A DNA stretch of 64,000 bases from Rhina ancylostomus (Eukaryota): positions 26,695,627 through 26,759,626 of the forward strand of contig JARFYF010000036.1 in the NCBI GenBank assembly GCA_030265395.1, read 5' to 3'. This document shows positions 26,270-40,110 of this stretch, in pieces (positions within the stretch are counted from its first letter, which is position 1; the number at the start of each line of letters is the position of its first letter). A program made the position numbers and the translations under genes. Under the pieces are notes generated by a model. The model searched no databases and was not told the origin of the DNA. It worked only from the letters and a program-made list of their open reading frames with translations.

Positions 26270-28180
26270 ACATGGTTGGCATCATGACTTGCATGCTCCA
26301 TGGACCAAATGTAAAATGGACACCATTTTCTGTGGACACCCAGAGGAGCATGTTCCACAGTCCCAGCCAATTAATGCTTTAATGAGATTAATGAAGGATA
26401 ATAGATGATGTCACTCCCTCCACATCTTCATTATGTGATAATGAAGATGGGGAGCTTATCTTCAGAACTACTGGGGAGCTATTCAACCTACAGCAACCAC
26501 ACTCCAGAATCAAGGTCACTTTGAAGCATTTGTAAATGCTCAGAGGTCATGTTACAAGTCATCATTAGATAATTCACTGAAGTGTACTATAGGACTTCAA
26601 CAAACTCAACATCTGTAGGTTCACAGTGAGACCCTGAAAAATTTGGCTGCCCTGCATCATAAAAAACAACGTTACTGCAACCTCAAGTATTGAGCTGCAG
26701 TACACAGGCAATGCTTGCACACGTGCTTACTTTAAGGCTGAGCTCCAAATTATTACTGACGTTTACTGAAGCTTTCAAGAGAATGGGTCTTGCGTTTAAC
26801 ATCTGCAGGATAATTGTTCTTTACCAACTGCCCAAGTGCACCACATTGTCCACCAACAATAAAGGTTCACAGCAAGACTCAGGAAAACATGGACCACTTC
26901 CTAAATCTTAGAAGCCATCTCTAGGCAAGGGCAGACAATGATGTTGAAATTCACCATCATCCTCAGTGCACCAATACAGCCTTTGGTCAGTTGAGGAAGA
27001 CGATATTTAAAGATCTAGATCCCAGACGTGGCATAAAACTCATGCTCTATTGGCTACCAGATATCTCTGCCCTTCTATATGCTTCTGAGAGCTGAACTAA
27101 CTGTAGCAGGCACCTTAATGCTTTGAAAAGATACCATAAATGCTTCCTCCACATTCAAGGATAAGCAAATCAATAACAGAGTCTTCTCCTAGGCTAATTT
27201 TATTAGCATTAAGGGCCTAGTTACATTCAGCTGGCTACATTGGGCAGGCCACCTCATTTGCATGCTTGACTCCAGACTCCCAAAATAGACACACCATTTC
27301 TAGCTGTGTCATGGGAATAGATTGCCAGAGGACAGATGAAAAGATTCAAGGATGTGCTCAAAGCCTTCTTGAAGAAATACAATATCCCCACTGAAGCTTG
27401 GAAATCTCTGGCCCATAAGTGCTCAAAATGGAGAAGGAGCATTTGGTAATAGTATACCAAGTCTTTTTATTCATGATAGGGGCACAGGTTTTCTGCATAT
27501 AACAAAAACTATGGATGCCTCTTAGGCTGCTGGCAATAATACTAATGTCATACTGCAGTCAGCTTATCCATGGATATAACAACTTCTATGTAAGTAATCT
27601 TCAGCTTATAACCCATCCACGTTCCTGACATCAGAGTTACCAATTCCAGCCTGATCCCAATCCTGGATCTAGTTCCACCCCTGCTCCAGCCACAAAGCTA
27701 CCCGTGTTCTGAACCCAATTTCATGAGTATGCAAATGAAAAATACGATGATGCTGGAGGAACTCAGTAGGCCAGGCAGCATCTGCAACACCTGAAGAGTC
27801 CCGACTGGAAACGTTGACCGCCGGCTTTTCTCCACGGATGCTGCCTGGCCTGCTGCATTTCTCCAGCATCATCGTGTTTTTCATCTAGGTTCCAGCATGT
27901 GCAGTCCTGTGTTTCTCGTTCATGAGTTTGCAGATCTACAGAGGGTACGTCAGCAATATAATGAGAACTTAGTGTATTGACACCAAGTCCATGTATCAGG
28001 AGCCAACAGCAGCACTGCGTAAGCAGCTGAAGGAGCAGCCCACCTCAATAACTACCCATCCACTTGCCCCAACTGTGAAAGAGTCTGCATTTCTCACATT
28101 AGTCTCATGAGACATCTCAGAACCTATCAAACCAGACTGAAAATGTTATCTTCAATATAGAGGTAATGCCAAAGAAGAAA
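26270..28180 (+). mobile_element. RTE (BovB-like) LINE, decayed and interrupted at about 27450-28010
   Basis: Remnants RTTGELFNL (about 26464), FTEAFKRMGLAFNI and LLYASES*; RTE 3' end near 28080-28180. Confidence 0.72.
27737..27918. mobile_element. Penelope-derived fold-back mini-element with a 17-bp TSD and a hammerhead-like remnant
   Basis: Arms gaaaaatacgatgatgctggag...ccaggcagcatc and gatgctgcctgg...ctccagcatcatcgtgtttttc. Flanks ttcatgagtatgcaaat (27720-27736) and ttcatgagtttgcagat (27919-27935). Core ctgaagagtcccgactggaaacgtt. Confidence 0.8.
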
Positions 28181-28825
28181 GAGGATCCTCATATTTAAAT
28201 TTCTTTTTCTCTTGATTCAGCCTCTGGCTATAAAACTCAACCAGTTGAACTTTAATTCTCCAAATCAGATTAACCCCTGCTTTACACAATCTATGTTAGA
28301 AATCTTGCTTTTTTACCAATATTCCTTTGTCCCACTCTTCACAGAAAGTGTTGTCCTAACTTCCCTCGAGCTAAAATGGCTTGAAACTTAAGCTGGCTAT
28401 CAATTTCCCCCACCCTACTCCTACAGTAAATTCTTAGAAGAAAATCCAATATAGTTCTATGCATTCCTCCTGGGCTCCTTCAGAACTTTAGGTGTGAATG
28501 GCTGAGGGTGGGGGGGGAGGGGTTGAGACTAACCAATGAATTACATATTATCCCTGGATGTGGATAATGTTTAATTCCAGGCTTATTAACATATCAATCT
28601 CCCTTTTGTCCCAGAAGCTGCTCCATTTGGCCGAAGAGATTTTTAAATTGTGAACTAACTTTAGTCTGAAACATACCCTAAACTGCAAAACTGGTCCTAT
28701 ATAAAAATACTTAGACTCCTTAAAGCATATGGTATCATCTTTTAAGAGTAATTTTCACATTATCATCAGTACAAAGTCCACATCACTATGCCAAAAGTTT
28801 GCATCAAAAAAACATAACAACTCAG

Positions 28826-29210
28826 GAGACACAAGAGATTCTGCAGATGCTGGAATCTGGCCCATCCAGCCCTTTGAGCCTGCTCTGCCATTCATTAGAA
28901 TAATGACAGTTTTTCTGCCTCAGCATCCCTTTCCAGTACTATCTCCATATCCTTTGATTCCCTTCAAATCTACAAATCTATTGACCTCCGTTTTGAATGA
29001 ACACAATGATGGAGCCTCCATAGCTTTCCGGGGTGGAGAATTCCAAAGGTTACCACCCTCTAAGTGAAGAAATATTTCCTCCTCTCAGTCCCAAATGGCC
29101 AACCTTTTTATTTTGAAACTGTGCCTGCTGGTCCTGGACTCCTTGGCAAGGGGAAACATCCTTTCTGCAACTAGCCTGCCAAGCCTTTCAAGAGTTTTGT
29201 GTTTCACTGA
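28826..29210 (-). mobile_element. Short Penelope terminal fragment (28826-28860) fused to a CR1 3' fragment
   Basis: gagacacaagagattctgcagatgctggaatctgg is followed directly by the reverse-complement CR1 tail cccatccagccctttgagcctgctctgcc...gaattccaaagg. Confidence 0.6.
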
Positions 29211-29879
29211 TCTCTATTGTAATAAGGGTCCTCCACAACTGTGTTCTCTCAGTGGCTGAGCAGCTATTCCCCAGACTGCAAATATGAATGCCATCCATCA
29301 AGAGGCATAACAGATGTGATTTTCGCTGCATGACAACTCCAAAAAAAGTACAGGGAATACGAATAACCTTTTATGCCCTTTTTTGTATCTCTCAAAATCC
29401 TTTGACTCCGTCAAGCTACGGGAACCTTGGACAATTTTTCTCAAATCTGGGTGCCCTTCAATATTTATTTCCATTTTACACCTATTACATGTTTATATGC
29501 ATGTCATGATTTTAACCAATGGGTCCACCAATGTCTCAATACCTGCGAGACCAGGGTGAAGCAATGCTGTGTCATCACACCTATCTTCTTTTCAGTCCTC
29601 CTTCCCCTAATATTGAACCTCACTCCAACCAACTTCCTACTGTCTACAGGACAATTGCAAAGCTGTTAACCTCCATTGCCTCTACTGCAGAAACAAAGCC
29701 ACTTTAACCTCTGTCATTGAATTGCAGCACTCAGATAACACTTGAGCTTATGCACATTCAAAGGCTGTGCTCTAAGTCATCATTGGCTCATTGAATGGAA
29801 TATGCAAGAGAACATATTTTACACTAAACATCCTCAAAACAAAGATCCACTACCAAACTGCACACTCCCCAATACAACA

Positions 29880-30545
29880 CCATTCCCAACAATAAAAGGT
29901 CCATGATGAAAAACCCTTTCCATAACAAGGAGCCAAATCTCAGCAAAGGCAGATACCCTTGATAAAATTCACCTTCTCCAGTGCACCAGTACCTATGACC
30001 ATAGAGGAAAAGAATGTACAAAGATTGAATGCTCAAATCTGGCATTAAAGTCATGGTTGGCCAGATGACAGTGATCCTTCTGCAAACTTCAGAGACGTGG
30101 GCTATCTACAGCAGGCACCTCAAAGCACTGAAGTACCACCGTCAATGTTGCCTCTGCAAAATTGTTCAAAACAATTGGCAGAATAAGCCAATTGACATCA
30201 GCATCCTTTCCCAGGCCAACATCCCCAGTACTGTGGCTCTGACTATGCTCAGAATATTCTGAATGCCTCATTGAAAAGAAATGCAATATCCTCACTAACT
30301 CAGTAATCCTTGGCCTGTGACTGATCAAAGTAGAGAAAAACCAAGCTGGTTGTAAACCAATGAAGAGACTTGAACCGATAATTTTTGCCCAGCAAAAGTG
30401 GTGGAAAAAGTGCATCACTTTCTGTGTTTATTCACCCACCCTCCCCATCAAAAACCTGTGGCAGAGTCTGCGATTCCACATTGGCATCATCAGCCAGCTT
30501 AGTACCCTGAAAACTGGAGAGAAGCAACTCATCCTCAATGCCAAG
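29880..30545 (+). mobile_element. RTE LINE 3' fragment
   Basis: ORF 30029-30262 reads SETWAIYSRHLKALKYHRQCCLCKIVQNNWQ, the RTE post-RT motif; RTE 3' end near 30470-30545. Confidence 0.78.
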
Positions 30546-30669
30546 GGAAAATATCAATTAGCTGTTGAAGTGTGTTCAAGTTGTAAAATGGGAGAGAGTG
30601 ACAGTTGTTATCCAGTTATTTCATAAGACTCCAGTGACTGTGGTAAACTCAAAGCTATTAAAAAGCTTT

Positions 30670-31080
30670 GAAAAAGAGAAAGATTTATGCTTACATAACA
30701 GTTTTTGGAATGTTCTAATATGCTATACATTCAGTTAAGTACTCTTAAGCCAAGGAAAACATTCAGATATTGTAAATAAGCAGCTAATATGCTCATAGTG
30801 ACCAGATAAAGTAATTTAGTACTATTGAATGAGGGATAAATGTTGGCCAGGATACAGGGGATAATTCCCATGCTCTTCTTAGGAAAAGTGCAATAGGATC
30901 CTTTATTCCCATTGAAAAGATCTTAGTTTAATAATTTTCCAAAACACAGTACCTTCAGTACTGTACAATCCCTTCAGTATGGTCTTGGACTTCAGCCTAA
31001 ACCTTTTGAGCTCAATCTTTGAACCACTATCTTCTGACTCAGAGTTTAGACTGTGTTACTAATGGAGCAATAACCAACAT
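30670..31080 (-). mobile_element. Deu-domain SINE (SacSINE1/AmnSINE1-like)
   Basis: gagggataaatgttggccaggatacaggggataattcccatgctcttctt...aggatcctt...ttgaaccactatcttctgactcagag resembles the Deu-SINE consensus as I recall it. Confidence 0.7.
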
Positions 31081-31869
31081 TTCAGACTATTTAAATTTAT
31101 GTACAGAGAAGGAAACAACTCACAAGTTTAATTTTCCTTAATTATAAGATCATTCATAAATGTATTTGAAAACAACCAACTTGTTGGTTTCCACAGATTA
31201 TGGTTCTATCAGCTGATGTAACTTTAGCGATAATTTTTTGACCTACTTTCTCTGTTAACAACTTCTTTTAGCTCCTTTATGAAATTATTTATATAATTTT
31301 GTTGATAAATCTTTATCCCCGTCTGAACAGTATGTTTTTTCACAGACTGTTTGCAAGGCACTTATTATAAAAATTACAGAAACACTCAGTAAGACACTGA
31401 TAGGTTGATGTACACCAGAATCAAAGCTTGATACAGGGAGAGTTGTGTAATCACGCGATAATGTCAATGAGTTGGATATGAAGCTGAAGAAGCTCAGAAC
31501 AAAAACAGAGCACAAAAGTAGAATTTATTTCACATAAATAGCTTCCAAACCAAAACATTCACTTCATATGACCAATACTTGTGATTTTTTTCTTGTTGGT
31601 TTATTGGTTGGCACTGAAGTTGGTTTGCCTCTTTAACCTTGACTTGTCTGTGAACTGATTTGGGGCAATGCAAAGTATAAATCCTGGAATCTGCACTTGG
31701 GGTTTTGCACTGAAATGACAACTATAGCACAAATGTACCACAATCTATACTGAAAAACAAAGTCTATAAATAAAACAAATTCAGAGAATTGCTCCAACAC
31801 GGGAAACAGCCATTCAGCCCATTGAATCTATGCTGGCTCCTAGAAGGGCAATCCTCTGAATTGGTACTT

Positions 31870-32780
31870 GGTAATTGTTAATTAGTTTATTATTTTTACA
31901 TGTACTGAGATACAGTGAAAAACTTTGTTTTACATGCCATTCCATACAGATCATTTCAAAACATAAGTACATTGAGATAGTATAAAAGGAAAACAACAAC
32001 AGAATGCAGAATATAGTGTTACAGTTAGAAAGTGCAGTGCAGGTAGACAAATGAGGTGCAAGTGCCAATGACAAGGTAGATAGAGAGATCAAGAGTTCAT
32101 CTTTCTCATACCAGAGATCTGTTCAAGAGTCTTATAACAATGGGATAGAAGTTGTCCTTGAGCCTGGTGGTGTGCGTTTTCAAACTTTTGTATCTTCTAC
32201 CCAATGAAAGGGGGGAAGAAGAGAGAATGACTGGGGTGAAAAGGGTCTTTGATTATGTGGCTGCTTTCCCTTGGCAGCAGGAAGTGTAGACAGAGTCAAT
32301 GGGCGGGGGGGGGGGGCTGGTTTTCATGATGGACGGAGCCGTGTCCATAATTCTCTGCAATTTCTTGCTGTCTTGGGCAGAGCAGTTACCATACCAAGCT
32401 GTGATGCATCCAGATATGATGTGGTGCATGTATAAAAATTGGTTAGGGTCAACAGGAACATGCCAAATTTCCTTACCCTTCTGAGGAAGTAGAGGCAATG
32501 GTGTACTTTCTTGTTTCGATCAGGATAAGCTATTGGTGATATTTACACCTAAGAGCTTGAAGCTCTCAACTATCTCAGTTTCAGCACCATTGAAACATAC
32601 AGGGGCATGTTCTCCATCCCACTTCCTGAAGTCAATGACCAGCTCTTTTGTTTTGCTGACATCGAGGGAAAGGTTGTTGACTTGACACCATGCCATTAGG
32701 CTCTCTATCCCCTTCCTTTACTCCATCTTGTAGTTTGAGATCCAGCCCACTGTGGTGGTGTCATCTATGACATTTTAGAT
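31870..32780 (-). mobile_element. Rex1/Babar LINE, 5'-truncated
   Basis: ORF 32253-32498(-) reads IISGCITAWYGNCSAQDSKKLQRIMDTA. The 3' tail ...catgtactgagatacagtgaaaaac is shared with the 55050 and 63110 copies. Confidence 0.85.
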
Positions 32781-32799
32781 CCCATTCCTCTATACTGAT

Positions 32800-33960
32800 T
32801 CTGTTTTCACTACCTTTTAATGGCAGTGAATACCTGAGATTTTCCTCACATCCCCTTTATATCTTTTGTCCAAAATTTTAAATTTGTGTTCCTTGTTCCT
32901 TGATCCTTGAGCCTTGAGCCATTCACTAACAAGGAGCACTGCCCTTTATCTACCCTATCTAAACTAGTCATGATCTTGTGCATCTCTCTCTGATCTCCTC
33001 TCAACCTTCTTTGCTCAAAGGAGGACACTCCCAGCATCACCAGTCAAAGCTGAAATCCTTCATCCCCGGAGCTATTTTAGGAAATCTTTTCTCCATCCTC
33101 TCAAATTTATGAATCCTGGCAACTTACATACTTTATTAAATCACTCCCTGAAAACACTCTGCCAGTTGAGGATTACTACACATTTAAACTTAAATTCTCT
33201 TACTTCACACTTTGGTATTGTGCCATTTAGTCCATATTGTCCCTCTATATTTGTTCTGCCAAAATGAATCACTTCACACTTCTCTGTACTAAATTCTATC
33301 TGCCACTTCTTATCCAGTCCATCTATATATTCTTGCAGTCTATGATTATTCTCGTCACTGTTTCCCTTAGTTTCATGCTTTGTGGTAAACACAAATTTGG
33401 AAATGTTACCCTACAAACCCATGTCTAAGTCATTAATACACATCAAAAAAGGAGTGATCCCAGTGTTTGCTTCCATTAAATGCTGTCTGGTTTTAAGCCA
33501 AATTTCCTATATGTGCTCTTAGCAATCCTTTAATTCCTTAGGCTTCAATTTTATTAACCAGTCTTTTGTGTGGAACTTTAGAATGCCTTCTGTAAATCTA
33601 CGAAAGTGAAATCTACTGCATTTCCTTCAACAAATTCCATTAGATTACTCAAATATGACTTGCTTTTAAGAAATTTGCATTACCTCTCTTTTATCAACTT
33701 AAACTTTTCTAAGTAAAGTTTTCCCTGATTATTTTTTCTAAAAACTTTTCCACAGCTCAGGTTAAATTGACACCTGCAGTTTTTTGTGATTTCCTGGCAT
33801 GCCCTTATACCCTTTTTTAAGCAATTGTGTTACATTTGGCATTTTCTGTTCCTCTGGCAAGTCCCCCATATGTCAGGAGGATTAGTAAATTATGGCATGT
33901 TCCTCCACACTCAGCAGCTACCTGAAATGCATCTTCTCCAGAGCAGGTGACTTAAGATGA
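32800..33960 (-). mobile_element. CR1 LINE fragment
   Basis: Peptides QRRLRGDQREMHKIMTSLDRVD and KWQIEFSTEKCEVIHFGRTN. Confidence 0.8.
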
Positions 33961-34763
33961 ACATAGCCACTATCTCATTAATTTTCACTCTGTCCACTAT
34001 CTCTATGACCTCCCCTTCTTCCAAGTTCCTCTTGCTTGGTAAATACAGAAACAAAATCCTCATTTTACCTTCTGACTCTGTGCTTAGATCCTTCTCAATC
34101 CCTGATCATCCTCACCCCTCCAGTTACTACCTAGCTGTAGAAGACATTTGGGCTCATTTATCTTTGCTGGCATTCGCTTCCCTTTGCTAGCATTATTTTC
34201 TTTTTCACTTCCCTGTTCAGCTGATACTCATTGGAGTTCAGTCACTTGGCATGCATCATCCACCTTCAATTCCTTTTAAATCATCTTCTCCGTCTTCTTC
34301 CCAATTCCAAAGAACAAAAGCAAATTCCGTTGACAACAGTGATAACAGAATTTTTATCCAGGATTTGGCTTTTACACAGCCACATTAATGTTTCTTTCAA
34401 ACTGTAAATGTACAAACAAGTGCAAAGTGGATGTTATAGCACTTTTCATGGATCAAGTTTATCTCCAGCACTTTACAGTGAATAACTATTTAATGAAAAA
34501 AAAGAGATTGGAGTAGAGATCCCACTTTGAGTGCACACAGCAGTCTGGGTGCAAATTGCACAGTTTTATATGCTCATGCTGCCAACTGTTATCAGTGAAT
34601 ATAAAGTCTTCCCTGAACAGTAGTCTAGAATATAATTTTAAAGCATTTACTTTAAAAAATCCTTTATTCCTTAAGAGTGGTAACCTGAAGTTTTAGAAGT
34701 GCACCTGAAAATGATTCATCATAAAGCAAACATTTTTCATTAGAAAATCTAGTTCAGCACCAG

Positions 34764-34803
34764 ATTTTAAATAACTAAAAATTATTTTAAATAACTAAAA
34801 ATT
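34764..34803. repeat. Perfect 20-bp tandem duplication
   Basis: attttaaataactaaaaatt occurs twice in tandem. Confidence 0.85.
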
Positions 34804-36779
34804 CAGAGCTATATTACAGAATATTTATCAATTTCATTTGTGTACTGTAGCTAATTCCTAAGTATTCCTGGCTTCCTTTCCCTTTGTTCATCTACTTCTA
34901 CATTTGCTGCCCGGTCCAATTGCAGGACAAAGACATTCATGTTGGCAATTTTAAATTTTAGACAGTGCCTCTCACTCCCAAACTGGTGGTCAGAAGCCCA
35001 CATTTTTCAGCTCCTTCCACTGCAGAAGGGTCTACTATGCAAGTGGCCTGCTGTGAACATTCTGGAAATCCTAGAATGACAGCAGCTCATTTACAAATAG
35101 CACTGAAATCAGATTGGTCTGGGAATGTAGTGAGGGTTAAACTGCCCTGCTGGTTTTTTTTGATCAGATATTAAACTAAGGTTCTGTCTGTAGAGATAAA
35201 ACTCTGAGACAAGTTGTGGTTTCAGTAGGTGCAGGTGGTTTGTAGCTTTCAGTCTGTGCCAACAAACTGAAATTCACAACTCTGTATGGCTTTAGAAATT
35301 GGCAAAATCTTCCAGACAACAAGTTAATCGTAAACTAACCAAGCATTTGTCAATCCAGTCATGCATTTAATCCCTTTAAGAAGTACAAGCCTTATATTTG
35401 TAGGCAGGTGCAAAATTATTCCTTTGGTAACTTGCAATACCTTCCCTACATTCTACAACTTTAACACCATATCATGACACACATTATGTTCCTGTTGAGA
35501 TTTATTGTATAAAAGACAACATGACTTAATCCATCAGTGAGCATTTCAAAGGATATACAGCATGAAAGTGTTTACTTCAACCAAGACATCAGGAGCCCTC
35601 ACTTTGGTAGGGTCTCATCTTTTATTCTTGAACCACTCTTATATAACTCAGATAATTCAGCTTGGGAGCTTACAACCAAAGAATGGGAGTTACAGTGAGC
35701 CACATTGCCTCTAGCTATGAAGCATGTTACAAATTGATTACTGTGGTATTCAATACAATGCTGCAACTAGCANNNNNNNNNNNNNNNNNNNNNNNNNNNN
35801 NNNNNNNNNNNNNNNNNNNNNNNNNNNNNNNNNNNNNNNNNNNNNNNNNNNNNNNNNNNNNNNNNNNNNNNNCAAAGTTGCTTTGAAGTATACAGCCTTC
35901 TGCTTGTTGTAATTTAAAGAATCACCTGTCAGAACTGTTTGTGAAGTTGAATTGGCTCCAACTGGCTAAGAAACAAGATTAAGATCTCACACTATAATTT
36001 AGGCAATCTAAGTATTTCCACCATATATTGCCATTTTTCGTGCACTGCCTTGTAATTCATGAAGAGAGGGCATAATGTATTTGTGGAGATAATAAATGTG
36101 GGAAAAGGTAACTTTGTAACATACATATGATGGTAACATAACCACATGATGAAATTCCTTAAACACTTTCAGAACCTTTGACAATCTTTTTCAGTTGTTT
36201 GTACCTAATATTTTGCAATCAATAAAAAAAAAACTTGCATTTATACAGCATCCTTCATGTAGGTAATTGTCCCAAGGTGTTCTACAGCTTTGTTATCCAA
36301 CAGGATTTGACACATAACCCCAAAGACTGAAGGAGTATAAGCCACCTAGCCTCCTTTGCCTGTTCCACCATTCAGTCCTATTTCAGCTGATTTCTAATCA
36401 AATTCCATGCAACTTTGTGTTACATTTCCCTTACTATTGGTAACAAAAGATCTATCAAAGTTAAAATTAGCACTTGGCATAGTGATTTGAAGCAGAGCTC
36501 CAAACTTCTGCCAACCTTTGGATGTAGAAGAGTTTTATGCAAGGCCAGGCTTTACATCATGCTACTGAGGCCTATCTGTCCTGTTGGTGTACTGGGGCAG
36601 ATGACTGAAACTGTGGGACAATCTGGGAACCAGATGGAATTAAACAGACTCAGAGGATTAGATGAACAAAGTTTGATAGTATCTGATCAAACAGAGGGAA
36701 GGAAGATCCTTGATGATTGTCACCCATACCTTACTTCAATATTGCTTGATATTGAATACCACTTGGAAAGTGTTGCAGA

Positions 36780-38655
36780 GGATAGTAAAGGTGTTGAATT
36801 TATAACAAGGAACTAATATGTAAAATTTATTGTCGGGAATAAGGAAGTGGCAGAGGAACTTAACAATTGCTTTGCATCTGTCTTCAGATCTGTCAAGCAG
36901 ATGCATAAAACTCATCTGATATGTTAGAGAAACAAGGTTCTAGTGAGAAATAGGAACTGACTGAACTTAAGTACCAGCCAAAATAGTACTAGAGATGTTG
37001 GAAAACTTTAAAGTTGATAAATCCCAAGGATCCAATGATTTATATCCTAGAGTTTGTAAAGAGGTGGCTTTAGATATACTCTTTTTATCATCTTCTAAAG
37101 TTCTATAGATTCTGGAACTATTCCATGGATTGCTGGGTACAAAATGTGATCCCACTACATATGGAAGAAGAGAGAAAACAAGGAACTACCAGCCAGTTAG
37201 CTTATTGTCAGTAGCAGGGAAAATAATGAATCTATAATGAGGGATATAACAGAGCACCTTGAAAAGAATAATAGGATTGAACAGAGTCAACATGGATTTG
37301 TGAAAACAAAATTGTGTTTGACTAAACCGCTGGAGTTCATTGAGGATATGATTAGTCAAATAAAGAAGGAGGAACCAAAGGTTGTGATGTATTTGGATGT
37401 TCAGAAAGCATTCAATAAAGTCCCAGACAGGTTGGTCATCAAGATTACAGCATGTGGAAGTTGGGCCAATATACTGACATGGATTGAATATTGATTAACA
37501 GACAGAAAGCAAGGAGCAGGAGTAACAGATCGTTCTCCAGTTGGGAGGCTGTGTCTATTTGGGTATAGCAGGGATGAGATCTTTTCACAATCTATATCAA
37601 CAATTTTTCTGTGGGGATAAAATTTCATATATTGTCAGCAAAGTCAGATATCAAATTCAGTGGGCTGTGTGAATGGAGGAAGATGTAAAGAGATTTTAAG
37701 GAGTATGGACAAACAGAATGAGCAGGTGAGAACATGGAAGATGGAATATAATCTGGAAAAATATTAGGTTATCTGCTTTGGTAGACATAAAAGCACATTA
37801 GTTATTAAATAATGAGAGATTGGGTTGTGTTGATGTTCAAAGGGACTGAGGTGTGCTTGAACACAAGTTTCTGATGGTCAACACCAGGTGAAGCAAGTGA
37901 TTGAGAGGGCAAACAGTACGTTTAGCCTTTATTACATGAGAACTTGATTACAGGAAGTCTATTGCAATTATACAAGGCCTTAGTGGCACAGTACCTGGAG
38001 TATTGTGTACAATTTTGAGCTCCTTACCTTAGAAATGATATACGAGACTAGTTTCAGGGATGGCATACTTAACATATGAGGAAGTTGTATCATCATCAAT
38101 ATAGAATATCAATGAAGCCAGTCCAGAAGATGTTGTTTTCGTGGACTTTCGTGAGGCTGTTGACAAGGTCCTGCATGGTTGGCTGGTCCAAAAGCTTAGA
38201 GCCCATGGGATCCAAGGGAAGCTGGCAAATTGGTTCCAAAATTGGCTTGGTAATATGAGGCAGAAAGTGGTGGAGAAGGATCATTTTTATGATTGGAAGT
38301 CTGTAACTTATTGTGTCCCACAAGGTTTGGTGCAGGGTACCTTGATATTTGTGATATATTTAAATAACTTGGATGTGAATGTAGGAGGTATGATAAATAA
38401 GACTGCAGATGGCACAAATATTTATGGTGTTGTAAATAGTGAGGAGGATGTCTTAGGCTATGGCATGATATTGATCAGCTGGAAAGTTAGGCAGAGCAAA
38501 GGCAGATGGATTTGAATTCTGACAAGGCAGTAGCGATGCACTTTGAAAGGTCAAATAAGGGTGGGACATGCCTGGTAAATGACAGGGCCCTAGAATGTTG
38601 ATGAAAAGAGGGTCCATGGGGTACAGTCCATAGATTCCAGAAAGGTCTATAGGTT
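36780..38655 (+). mobile_element. Two adjacent CR1 LINE RT fragments (about 36780-38080 and 38120-38655)
   Basis: First copy: QSQHGFVKTKLCLTKPLEF...YLDVQKAFNKVP. The second restarts with DFREAVDKVLHGWLVQKLRAHGIQG...VPQGLVQGTLIFVIYLNNLD. Confidence 0.85.
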
Positions 38656-38755
38656 NNNNNNNNNNNNNNNNNNNNNNNNNNNNNNNNNNNNNNNNNNNNN
38701 NNNNNNNNNNNNNNNNNNNNNNNNNNNNNNNNNNNNNNNNNNNNNNNNNNNNNNN

Positions 38756-38910
38756 GTCTTTGGAATGTGGGAGGAAACCGGAGCACCCGGAGGAAACCCG
38801 TGCAGACACGGGCAGAATGTTCAAACTCCTTACAGGCAGCAATGGGAATTGAACCCAGGTCTCTGGCACTGTAATGGTGTCACACTAACCGCTATGCTAC
38901 TGTGCCGCCC
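38756..38910 (-). mobile_element. tRNA-headed V-SINE (HE1-like), well preserved 5' part
   Basis: Reverse strand starts gggcggcacagtagcatagcggttag. Pol III A box TAGCATAGCGG (38899-38889), B box GGTTCAATTCC (38855-38845), then the V core gggtttcctccgggtgctccggtttcctcccacattccaaagac. Confidence 0.88.
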
Positions 38911-38929
38911 CATTAAATGCCACCCTATA

Positions 38930-39165
38930 ATTTTGTTCTCCTCTGACCTTGAATCTATTTCCTTTAGTTCTAGGCTCCTCTAGCCTGGGGGAAAAAAGCT
39001 CATCTATCTGATGTAAACCTCTCTAAGGTCACCTTTCACCTCCTGTTTTCCATGGAGAACAAACCCAGCCTATTCAATCTCTCCTTATAACTACCGCCCT
39101 CTATTCCAGGCAACACCCTGGTGAGTCTCTTCGGCACTCTCTCTATTGCTACCACATCCTTCCTG
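38930..39165 (-). mobile_element. CR1 LINE fragment
   Basis: Peptide RKDVVAIERVPKRLTRVLPGIEGGSYKERLNRLGLFSME. Confidence 0.8.
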
Positions 39166-39567
39166 TTCCTTTCTCCCATTAAGTTCAAGCTCTCCATATT
39201 ACTGCTTCCACCAGACAGGATCATGCATGATCTGACCCACCATTCATACCTCTCCTCCTTGCTAGCCCCACACTGACCCTGGTGACCTCAATACTTCAGT
39301 TCTGCAGCCATCCTGTGAGTGGATCAGCTGTCAATGGTGACCAAGGAGCCAGGCATTACATCTTAAAACTTGCCTGCATCTTCTGATGAATCTTAACAGC
39401 TTGTGGATTTAGAAGCCTCTTGCACTATTTAAAACTTCTAAAAATAGAAATTTAAAATTAGTTGAAATTCATTTTAATAATAAAATAAAAATTAGTATAC
39501 TTAAGGCGATATTAAAGCACTGCTAATTCATTACTAAACTTAAATATACATTAATAAGTGTAAATAT

Positions 39568-40110
39568 AGGCCGCATCTGGAGTGTTGAATTTTGTTCTGG
39601 TCACCCCATTACAGGAAGGATGTGGAGGCTTTGGAGAGGTTGCAGAAGAGCTTCACCAGGATGCTGCCTGGATTAGAGGGCATGAGCTATAAAGAGAGGT
39701 TGGACAAACTTGTGTTGTTTTCTCCGGAGTGTCAGAGGCTAAGTGGCGACCTGATAGAAGTTTATAACATTATAAGAAGCACCAATAGGGTAGACTGTCA
39801 AAATCTTTTTCCCAGGGTAGAAATATCAAATACTAGACAACATCCATTTAAGGTGAGAGGGGGAAAGTTTAAAGGAGATGAGTGGTCAAGTTTTTTTTTA
39901 CACCGACAGTGGTAGGTGCCTAGAACAGGCTGTTAGTGTAATGGTGTAACCAGATAGGAGAGTGGTGTTTAAGAGATTTCTAGATGGACACAAGAATGGA
40001 GGTATATGGATCATGTGCAGCCAAGAGATTTAGTTTAAATTGGCATCATGTTCAGCACAGACCTTGTGGGCTGAAAGTCCTCCTCCTGTGCTGTACATGT
40101 ACGATGTTCT
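39568..40110 (+). mobile_element. CR1 LINE 3' end
   Basis: Peptide FWSPHYRKDVEALERLQKSFTRMLPGLEGMSYKERLDKL...GDLIEVYNII, followed by the tail atgttcta. Confidence 0.9.

Noticed and set aside
36415-36816. 133-aa plus-strand ORF
   Set aside because: It spans the junction of opposing CR1 fragments and has no recognisable domain or splice support.
38845-38910. tRNA gene
   Set aside because: The A and B boxes belong to a V-SINE head that continues into the V core. There is no complete cloverleaf.
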